Made by a program: the position numbers and the translations under genes. The notes under the pieces were generated by a model that worked only from the letters and a program-made list of their open reading frames with translations, was not told where the DNA came from and did not search any database. DNA of 64,000 nucleotides from positions 64,001 through 128,000 of the forward strand of contig JBBRPR010000015.1 of the NCBI GenBank assembly GCA_038227875.1, read 5' to 3'. Each line of letters starts with the position of its first letter. The stretch's first letter is position 1. This DNA comes from Planctomycetota bacterium. Lineage in GTDB: Bacteria > Planctomycetota > SZUA-567 > H5-PLA8. This document shows, one piece after another, positions 10,360-17,713 of the stretch.

Positions 10360-10469
10360 AACGGCGGGATTCGGGATTTGGGATTCGTCGCGCGTCCGTG
10401 TTCGGCGAATCCCGAATCCCGATTCCCGTTGTTCTTTTCGTCTTTGCGGCTTTGCGTGAGATAAAAAAC
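10360..10469. repeat. Composite dispersed repeat (GGGATTC heptamer hairpin + CTTTGCG tail)
   Basis: cgggattcgggatttgggattcg...cgaatcccgaatcccgattcccg followed by the tail shared with 21-59; core also matches the reverse complement of 40730-40806. Confidence 0.8.
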
Positions 10470-10482
10470 GCAATTTTCCCGC

Positions 10483-10509
10483 GCACTTCCTCCCACAACA
10501 ACGTTCTAA
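10483..10509 (+). promoter_or_regulatory. Candidate ECF (sigmaE-like) autoregulatory promoter
   Basis: GCACTT-N16-TCTAA, one mismatch from GAACTT-N16-TCTRA, just upstream of the ECF gene. Confidence 0.45.
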
Positions 10510-10530
10510 TCATCGTGAGGTTACTTCGCG

Positions 10531-11184
10531 ATGCTTGAATCGAATGCTATCAGTGCTTCCAATATCAGCTTGGCGCCTGCTCGGAGTGAGCCCGAGGTGG
10601 TGGTAACTGCTAAGCCTGTAGAGAGTTGCAGTGACGAGGTGCTGGTGTCTCGCAGTCGTAAGGGCGAGCGAGCGGCGTTTGAGGAACTGGTGCGCCGTAC
10701 GAGCAGATTGATTTACGCGCATCTGCTACTGGAGCTCGGCGACACGCATCGCGCGGAAGATTTGACGCAGGAGACGTATCTAAACGCGTACCGGGCGATC
10801 GGGCAGATGACCGACGCGGCCGGATTTCGCGCGTGGTTGTTGAAGATCGCGCATTCGGTTCTGGTCGATCACCTGCGGCGAACCGGCCGCAAGAAGCGTG
10901 CGGGAAAACATGCGGCGCCAGAGATGCTGGAGCAGGTTCCAGACGACGCGTCGGTGGATCCCGCGGCGCAGAGCGAATTGTCGGAAGCGCGTGCGCGGGC
11001 GCTGGAGTTGCTCCGCACGCTGCCGGAAGAGTACCGCCAGCCGTTGATGCTGCGGTACCTGGGCGGCGCGGATTACGAGACGATCGGCAAACAACTTGGA
11101 CTCACCAGCGGATCGCTGCGCGGCCTCCTCAGCCGGGGCCTGGCGCTGCTTCGAGCCGAATTTTTTAAGGAAAGCAAATCATGA
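10531..11184 (+). CDS. ECF RNA polymerase sigma-70 factor
   Basis: AFEELVRR, AEDLTQETYL, F.AWL..IA, region 4 LPEEYRQPL.LRY...Y..I. Confidence 0.93.
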   Translation: MLESNAISASNISLAPARSEPEVVVTAKPVESCSDEVLVSRSRKGERAAFEELVRRTSRLIYAHLLLELGDTHRAEDLTQETYLNAYRAIGQMTDAAGFRAWLLKIAHSVLVDHLRRTGRKKRAGKHAAPEMLEQVPDDASVDPAAQSELSEARARALELLRTLPEEYRQPLMLRYLGGADYETIGKQLGLTSGSLRGLLSRGLALLRAEFFKESKS

Positions 11185-14100
11185 AGAAGTCTGAACAGGA
11201 TTCCGATCACGCGTGGTTCAAGGAGCGCATCGGCGCGTTTGTCGTCGGAGCGCTGGAAGCCGACGAATCCGAACGCTTCAGTGCACACCGCACCGATTGC
11301 CCCGAATGCGCGACGCGTTTGGAGAAAATCGAACGCACGGACAAGGCGATGCAGGATGCCTTCGCCGGCATGCAGCCGGGCGGGCACATGGATGCCCGGA
11401 TCATTCAAGCTCTGCGCAAAGAAGACGCGAAGCGCTCGCGCTTTTCGCCTTTTTTTAGAAACGCCGCAGCCGCGTGCGCGGCGTTGGTGATGTGCGGAGC
11501 GATGGGGTATGTGATCGATGGGATGCAACGAGGGAAGTTTGATCATAAAGGTGATACTGTTGTGATGGTGACGGAGTTGGCGCGGCAAAAGGAAAAGCTG
11601 GAGACGACACCAACGGCTCCGGCGATTCCAAAGGCGGGTTACGTGTTTACGCCGACATCGCGGGCTCCGACTGATGCAAAATCTCAAATGACCTTGGGCT
11701 TTGCCGCAAATGCAGATCCGGGCAAGTGGGATAGCTCGGGCCGCGATCAGTTTGTCATCAACAACAACGGAACGATTTTTCAGAAAGAAGGTGCGGCGAT
11801 CAAGACGCCGGATGAAATGGCGCGCGACTTCAACGAGAAAATAACTTTGGGTGGGATCGGAAATGCTCGGACGCGTGATGTATCCGGGAAGGACGCGATA
11901 AATATGAACGACGTCAACGACGTGGTCGTTCCGTCAGACGTTCTCGCCAAGGCCGAACTGGGCGATCACTTCGAAACAATTGATCCAGACAAACCGGATT
12001 CGCATACCGCACAGGGGAATCCCGACGCTCTAACGTTCCACAGTGTAGCGGGAAAAGAGATAGCTGGCGGTGGCGGTTCGGATGGCTTGCGCATGGAGGA
12101 CATCATTGGCGTCGGTGGCCAGGCGAGTCCGGGCACCGGGGGCGGATGGGGTGGGGGAAGTGCAAGTTATGCGGACTTTACTTCACGAAACGGCGGCGGT
12201 CGCAAGCTGATGGTTAAGCGTCAACACGGTAGTGAGGATGTTGAAAAGAAGACAGATTCTTCCGTCTATTACACTTATCAGGATCAACAAAAGAATGCCG
12301 GCGAAGGTCAACAAGCGCAACAGGGCCAGCGCTTCAAGCCCACGGATCTGAATGCGAAGAAGGTGGTCGAAGATTCGGAAGCCAAGCGCCCTGCCGCCAA
12401 GACCGATCCAAAATCTTCTGCTGGTAAGCCGGTGGAGACCAAGGCCGACGGCGAGCAGCCGAAGAACGATCCGGCACCATCGCCCGCGCTGACCGCTGAA
12501 AAGGCCGCGCCGCGCTTCATCATCCGCAATGGCGAAATGGAATTCGAAGTCGACAGCTTCGACAGCGCGTACGTGCAGATCAGCAAAATCGCCGCGGAAG
12601 AAAGCGGCCTGATCGCGACGACCAACTCCGAGAAACTCGCCAACGGCAAAGTTCGCGGTTCGATCACGCTGCGCGTGCCGCCAGAGCACCTCGACGTCCT
12701 CGTCCTGAAACTCCGTGCGCTCGGCGAACTCAAGAATCAGCGCATCACCTCGCAGGACGTCTCGAAGCTGTACACCGACACAGAAAGCGAACTGCGCGCC
12801 GGCCGTGCGATGGAAGTGCGCCTGCTGGAAATGATCAAGACCGGTAAGGGCGACGTCTCCGATCTGCTCAAGGCCGAGAAGGAACTGGGCGTCTGGCGCG
12901 AGAAAATCGAGAAATTGGAAGGCGAGATCCGCTACTACAACAATCTCATTTCGCTCTCGACGCTGACGTTGACGCTCTCTGAGCGCGACATCAAGACGCC
13001 GACCTCGGCGACCGAACAGCAGACGGTCAACATGGGCATCGAGATCGACGACGTTGAGAAGGCGTACAACGACGCGCTGAAGGCGATCTCCGAACTCAAA
13101 GGGCGCGTGACGGCGTCCGAACTGAAGAAATACGAAGCCGGCCAGTTCGGCGCGTCGATCACCTGCTCGATCACGCCGGAAGCGGCGGGCCCGCTCCAGG
13201 ACCGCTTGAAGCAGCTGGGCCGCGTGGCACGGTTGAACGTCGAACACAAGCAGACGACGCTGGGCGGAACGGGTGCGCCGGCAGTGAAAGTGGAGCGCAA
13301 AGAGACGGAGTTCGTGATCTCGATCTACAATCTGGCCAACGTCGCGCCGCGGCTGACGCACCATATCAACCTCGCCGCTGCCGATCCGGAAGTCGCCTTC
13401 CAGGCGATTCTGGCGAGCATCGAAAAAGCCGGCGGCCGCGTCGTGACCTCGGCGCTCAACCGCGACAAGCCAGAGCAGACCACCGCGAATTTGAGCTTTG
13501 AAGTCAAGCGCGCTGACGTCGACGCGGTGCTCACCGCGGTCAAGAGCGGCGGTGAAGTGATGCAGCTCAATCGGACCGAAAACCCCGACACCAATAACGT
13601 TACGGAAGTGAAGGAAGGCTTTGTCGTGCAGATCTTCGCGCAGAGCCAGGTGCCGCCGCGAGAAAGCGCTCAGTTGCAGGTCGCGACGCTGCAGGTTGCG
13701 GAGTCCTACAGGAAACTGGCCGACGCGGTGCTCGCCGCGAAGGGACGCGTGCTGGTCTCGCAGCTCGATGAGAAGGACCGCCAGAACGTGGTCGGCCGCC
13801 TCGAATTCGAAATCGCGCGCACGGAAGTTCAGGCCATCGAAAAGCTGATCGGCACGCTGGGCGATCTGAATTCGAACGCCGTGCAGCGTTCGCCCGACAC
13901 GACCAGCACCATCGACAGCAAGAAACGCTACGACCTCACGCTCTTCAACGCCGAACGCCTGGCTCCGCGCGAGACCACGACGCTGGCGATTGAGCTCAAC
14001 GATGTCGACAAAGCCGCAACGGAGATCGCCGCACTGGCAGTGACCGCCAACGGCCGCACGATCGAATCCCACGTCTCGAAAGACCGCAGTGGCCGCGTGG

Positions 14101-14444
14101 TGGGGAAAGTGATCATCGACGTTCCGATGAGCAAGGGTGCGGAAACCGTCAGCGCCATCCGCGGGCTCGGCACGCTGCGCATGATCGAAGCCTCGCGCAA
14201 TTCGCAGGTTCCCGAAGGCCAGCTCACCCGCGCGCGCATCGACATTACGCTGGCCAACGCCGACTCCATCGTCCCCGACGACAAAGGCCTCTCGACGACG
14301 CTCCGCGGTTCGATCTCGACGACGGTGACGGGACTGCTCTGGAGTTTGCAGCTCATCATTGTCGGCCTCTGCTTCGTCGGACCGTGGGCGCTGATCATCT
14401 GGTTGGTGGTCCGCTGGTATCGGAAGTCGGCGGCGAAGGCGTAG
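11181..14444 (+). CDS. Putative anti-sigma factor: ZAS (zf-HC2) + TM + long linker + DUF4349 domain + four related repeats + C-terminal TM
   Basis: HRTDCPEC (Hx3Cx2C); ATGA overlap with the sigma gene; IIRNGEMEFEV...LRVP...SQDVS..YTD DUF4349 pattern; hydrophobic C-terminus. Confidence 0.8.
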   Translation: MKKSEQDSDHAWFKERIGAFVVGALEADESERFSAHRTDCPECATRLEKIERTDKAMQDAFAGMQPGGHMDARIIQALRKEDAKRSRFSPFFRNAAAACAALVMCGAMGYVIDGMQRGKFDHKGDTVVMVTELARQKEKLETTPTAPAIPKAGYVFTPTSRAPTDAKSQMTLGFAANADPGKWDSSGRDQFVINNNGTIFQKEGAAIKTPDEMARDFNEKITLGGIGNARTRDVSGKDAINMNDVNDVVVPSDVLAKAELGDHFETIDPDKPDSHTAQGNPDALTFHSVAGKEIAGGGGSDGLRMEDIIGVGGQASPGTGGGWGGGSASYADFTSRNGGGRKLMVKRQHGSEDVEKKTDSSVYYTYQDQQKNAGEGQQAQQGQRFKPTDLNAKKVVEDSEAKRPAAKTDPKSSAGKPVETKADGEQPKNDPAPSPALTAEKAAPRFIIRNGEMEFEVDSFDSAYVQISKIAAEESGLIATTNSEKLANGKVRGSITLRVPPEHLDVLVLKLRALGELKNQRITSQDVSKLYTDTESELRAGRAMEVRLLEMIKTGKGDVSDLLKAEKELGVWREKIEKLEGEIRYYNNLISLSTLTLTLSERDIKTPTSATEQQTVNMGIEIDDVEKAYNDALKAISELKGRVTASELKKYEAGQFGASITCSITPEAAGPLQDRLKQLGRVARLNVEHKQTTLGGTGAPAVKVERKETEFVISIYNLANVAPRLTHHINLAAADPEVAFQAILASIEKAGGRVVTSALNRDKPEQTTANLSFEVKRADVDAVLTAVKSGGEVMQLNRTENPDTNNVTEVKEGFVVQIFAQSQVPPRESAQLQVATLQVAESYRKLADAVLAAKGRVLVSQLDEKDRQNVVGRLEFEIARTEVQAIEKLIGTLGDLNSNAVQRSPDTTSTIDSKKRYDLTLFNAERLAPRETTTLAIELNDVDKAATEIAALAVTANGRTIESHVSKDRSGRVVGKVIIDVPMSKGAETVSAIRGLGTLRMIEASRNSQVPEGQLTRARIDITLANADSIVPDDKGLSTTLRGSISTTVTGLLWSLQLIIVGLCFVGPWALIIWLVVRWYRKSAAKA

Positions 14445-14452
14445 AGTGGCTC

Positions 14453-14530
14453 GTGGCTCTTGGTGGTCCTGTCGGGCTAGTATTGGTGCCAGTGGCGCCA
14501 AGTTATCCCGAAGGGACTTCCAAGAGCCAC
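14453..14530. repeat. Long imperfect hairpin downstream of the anti-sigma gene
   Basis: gtggctcttgg/ccaagagccac outer arms, gtcc..tcggg/cccga..ggac, inner ttggtgcca/tggcgccaa. Confidence 0.7.
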
Positions 14531-14569
14531 CCCTCTTGCAACTGACCTCGCAGTCTCTACTCTAAGTCC

Positions 14570-15169
14570 ATGTCTTCTCCATCTGCTCCATCTTCCCCAC
14601 TCACTCGCGGCGCGATCATTCTCTGTGGTGGGGAATCGTCGCGCATGGGGTCGCCCAAGGCGCTCTTGCTGTGGCGCGGGGTGCCGATGATTTCACACGT
14701 CGTCGGCGTGGTCTCGACAGTGGTTCCCGAAATCGTCGTGGTGTCCAGCGCCGGGCTGAAACTTCCGGCGCTGCCGGCGCACGTTCGAGTCATCTACGAC
14801 AGTGAGCCGGGCCGCGGGCCGCTGGCTTCGTTGCGTGACGGACTGAACTCGATCCGCGCGGAACTGGCGTTTGCGACGAGCACCGACGCGCCGTTTTTGT
14901 CGGCGGCATTCATCGAAACGATGCTCTCCTTTGGCGGCGCGGCGGCACCGGAGATCGATGGATTTCTTCAGCCGCTGGCGGCGACGTATCCGAAGTCACT
15001 GAGCGGACTGGCGACATCGCTACTCGCCGAGCCACGCGCGGGGCTCACGGATCTGCTGAAGCGCGCGAACGCCCGGCGCGTGCAGGCGACGGAACTGCCG
15101 GATCTAAAGTCGCTCCAGACGTTTAACACGCCCGACGAATATCGCGCGGCGCTGGAAGCAGCGGGATGA
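14570..15169 (+). CDS. mobA: Molybdenum cofactor guanylyltransferase
   Basis: IILCGGESSRMGSPKAL, D...GRGPL, D.PF, QPL.A.Y, NTPDEY. Confidence 0.88.
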   Translation: MSSPSAPSSPLTRGAIILCGGESSRMGSPKALLLWRGVPMISHVVGVVSTVVPEIVVVSSAGLKLPALPAHVRVIYDSEPGRGPLASLRDGLNSIRAELAFATSTDAPFLSAAFIETMLSFGGAAAPEIDGFLQPLAATYPKSLSGLATSLLAEPRAGLTDLLKRANARRVQATELPDLKSLQTFNTPDEYRAALEAAG

Positions 15170-15240
15170 AGTGGACTTTTCTAAAATCTCTATTAAATTG
15201 CTGAATAGAGTTTGACAACCGCGGCGGGAATGGTATTAAT

Positions 15241-15265
15241 CTACCAACCCGATAGGGTAAGTAGT
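15241..15265 (+). promoter_or_regulatory. Candidate Rrf2 operator (two overlapping CKAY-N7-RTAG boxes), downstream of TTGACA at 15212
   Basis: ctac-caacccg-atag (15241-55) and cgat-agggtaa-gtag (15250-64); same layout at 15742-15766. Confidence 0.6.
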
Positions 15266-15267
15266 AT

Positions 15268-15723
15268 ATGTTGTCGAAGAAAACGCAGTACGCGCTAAGA
15301 GCGATGATCTCTCTGGCGCATGAACAGCCAGGCCAACCGATCATGATCGCGGCGCTGGCGGAGAAGGAACAGATTCCCAAGAAGTTTTTGGAGCTGATCC
15401 TGCTCGACCTGAAGAGTATCGGGGTGGTTCAAAGTAAGAAGGGCAAGCAGGGCGGGTACTACCTAAGTCGAAAGCCTGCTGAGATTAAGCTCGGCCATAT
15501 CATGCGGGGAATCGAAGGACCGCTGGCGCTGTTGCCCTGCGTCAGTTTGACGGCATACGAACGCTGTGAAGGGTGCAAGGACGAACGGACCTGCGGATTG
15601 AGGTTGGTCATGAAAGACGTGCGAGACCAGACCGCAAAGATCTTGGACAACACCAGCTTGGCGGACGTGATGGATCGAGTCGAAGCAGAGAAGTCAAAGC
15701 CGGACATGATGTTCCACATCTAA
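15268..15723 (+). CDS. Rrf2 family transcriptional regulator (four Cys, possible Fe-S)
   Basis: YALRAM..LA, IPKKFLELIL, SKKGKQGGYYL, CVSLTAYERCEGCKDERTC. Confidence 0.93.
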   Translation: MLSKKTQYALRAMISLAHEQPGQPIMIAALAEKEQIPKKFLELILLDLKSIGVVQSKKGKQGGYYLSRKPAEIKLGHIMRGIEGPLALLPCVSLTAYERCEGCKDERTCGLRLVMKDVRDQTAKILDNTSLADVMDRVEAEKSKPDMMFHI

Positions 15724-15741
15724 TTTTTTTAACACATAAGA

Positions 15742-15766
15742 CGACTAAAACTATAGGCATAATAGT
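15742..15766 (+). promoter_or_regulatory. Second candidate Rrf2 operator upstream of the YezD gene
   Basis: cgac-taaaact-atag (15742-56) and ctat-aggcata-atag (15751-65). Confidence 0.6.
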
Positions 15767-15780
15767 TAAGGATGAGACCC

Positions 15781-15969
15781 ATGAGTGCCACCAACGGACA
15801 TGCGATACACGAAAGCAAGAACGTCGACGAGCCGCTGGAGATCGTCCGTCGCGCGCTGCAAGGACTGCGCTTCGGATCCATCGAGATCATTGTTCACGAC
15901 TCGCGCGTCGTGCAGGTCGAGCGCAAAGAAAAGGTGCGCTTGGTCTCGGACGCGCCGGGACGGAGATAG
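15781..15969 (+). CDS. YezD/DUF2292 (OscA-like) small protein
   Basis: ALQGLRFGSIEIIVHDSRVVQVERKEKVRL signature; sulfate-uptake context. Confidence 0.88.
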   Translation: MSATNGHAIHESKNVDEPLEIVRRALQGLRFGSIEIIVHDSRVVQVERKEKVRLVSDAPGRR

Positions 15970-15984
15970 AAACGTGTTTTCCCC

Positions 15985-16002
15985 GGGGACCAATTGGTCC
16001 CC
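15985..16002. repeat. Perfect 18-bp palindrome centred on CCAATTGG
   Basis: ggggaccaattggtcccc. Confidence 0.85.
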
Positions 16003-16131
16003 AGGTTAAACAGCGCTGCCTCCCTTATTAGAGGCAGCTTGGAGCTGACTGCGATGACAGAAGCATTTAACGAATGGACTCAAGTAAGCCGACCCGTGCG
16101 CGGAGGTTTGCGAACAGAGGAACGCAAACGT

Positions 16132-16551
16132 ATGAGCCAGTCATCTGAAATCGTACGCGTGTTTGGAGCGCGTGTAAATCCGGCGGTCATGGTTGTGGAA
16201 GCGGACACCGACACTCCGCATTCCCTGACGCAGACCTTGAAGGCGCGCGGCTTCCGCGTGGCGCTGGCGCAATCGGTGCGCGAAGCCGAAGAGATGCTCC
16301 ACGATCTGCGCGACCTGCACCTGCCGGTGGACGGGTTGCTGGCCGACTACCGGCTGAGCGACGGATTCGGCTGCCGGATTCTGCGCCGCTTCCAGGACGA
16401 ATTTCCGAATCTGCCGGCCGCGGTGATGGTCGACGGTGAAGACGTCAGCATCGAATTGTGGGCGCGCTCGCGCAACATTCTGCTGCTGCGAAAACCGCTG
16501 GCACTGCCGGCGTTGAGTCCCTGGCTGGAGCAACTACCCGTTCCGGCCTGA
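16132..16551 (+). CDS. Stand-alone, atypical response-regulator receiver domain protein
   Basis: VMVVEAD, DGLLADYRLSDGFG, LLRKPL; lacks the beta4 Thr/Ser. Confidence 0.75.
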   Translation: MSQSSEIVRVFGARVNPAVMVVEADTDTPHSLTQTLKARGFRVALAQSVREAEEMLHDLRDLHLPVDGLLADYRLSDGFGCRILRRFQDEFPNLPAAVMVDGEDVSIELWARSRNILLLRKPLALPALSPWLEQLPVPA

Positions 16552-16646
16552 TGCAAAAACGCCGACCGCCAATGCACGGAGGCTCAAAACAAATTTTCCG
16601 AAGGCCACCAGACTGCTGGGCTTTCGCAGGGAGAGGGGAAACCGAC

Positions 16647-17627
16647 GTGGATGTAAGACGGACGTTAATGGCGCCAATCGTGTTGGCGCTCATCGCAAGC
16701 GCAACAACCGCATTTAGTCAGGAGGGCTTGGAAACACCGGAGGCAGGCCATCGAGCGATCGCGTTGACGCCGAGCGTCTCCGGCGCATCGTTGTTCCCGC
16801 TGAAGAATCCGGGCATCGTGACGCTGGGCACACTTTCGATTCAGAACCGCATCGACTTTGCCATCAGCGCGAGTTCGACGTCGAATGGCAATCTTGCCTA
16901 CTCGTGGAATTGGGGCGACGGCACCCCCAATGGCACGGGCCCTTTTCCAAATCACACGTACATCGTCGCCGGAATCTACAACGTCACAGTGACGACGACC
17001 GAGACAATTAAAGGCGCCGTGGCCAACACTCGCACCGACACGATTGTGACCACGGTGACCGACGCAGTGAAGGCCAACAAGCTTCAGACCAATGAGAACT
17101 GGGCGACGGCCAGCGGCAACGACTCGTTGCGCTTTCAGGGCACGCTTCACATTCCATCCGGGGCGAAACTTGCCGGACAGGTCGTGCAAATCAGCCTGGG
17201 AAATCTGAATCTGCCATTCAACCCTGCCAGCCTGGGCACCAACGACGGCGTAGTGTTCACCTTTACCCTCAACGACAAGGGTATCGCGACGTTCACCACA
17301 AACGCCAATGCCATCTACGATCCCACCACCGGTTCCAGCCCAACGACTGGCACCAGCGCGTTGAGTCAGGCCAGCGGCAAGGGCCAGTTCAAGCTCGCCT
17401 ACCGCGCTCGCGCCGGCGGTACGGCATTCGTTGACGCGCCGTTCCTGCTGACGCTCAAGGGCGGCACGTTTGCGAAGGCGCTGGCCAACGAAGGCGTCAC
17501 CAACGTCGACGCCAGCCGCGAAAACGTGCGCATCACGGCACGTGTCCTGGCTTTCAACATCCTGTACCAGTCCGGCATCAATTCTCTGTTCTCCTCCACG
17601 AAGGGTGGAAAGGGGAAGACGCGATGA
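16647..17627 (+). CDS. Secreted PKD-domain protein, Cys/Met-free after the signal peptide
   Basis: GTG 16647 after ggagagggg (alternative ATG 16668); signal peptide ending ATTAFS; YSWNWGDGT...HTY..AG.YNVTVT PKD motif. Confidence 0.85.
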   Translation: MDVRRTLMAPIVLALIASATTAFSQEGLETPEAGHRAIALTPSVSGASLFPLKNPGIVTLGTLSIQNRIDFAISASSTSNGNLAYSWNWGDGTPNGTGPFPNHTYIVAGIYNVTVTTTETIKGAVANTRTDTIVTTVTDAVKANKLQTNENWATASGNDSLRFQGTLHIPSGAKLAGQVVQISLGNLNLPFNPASLGTNDGVVFTFTLNDKGIATFTTNANAIYDPTTGSSPTTGTSALSQASGKGQFKLAYRARAGGTAFVDAPFLLTLKGGTFAKALANEGVTNVDASRENVRITARVLAFNILYQSGINSLFSSTKGGKGKTR

Positions 17628-17713
17628 CCAAATACATGCAGCGTTTTCACCCGCGCGCGGAATTGTTCCGCGTGTCTCCGCCGACGACAAAATTCCAATT
17701 CCTGGAGGGGAAG

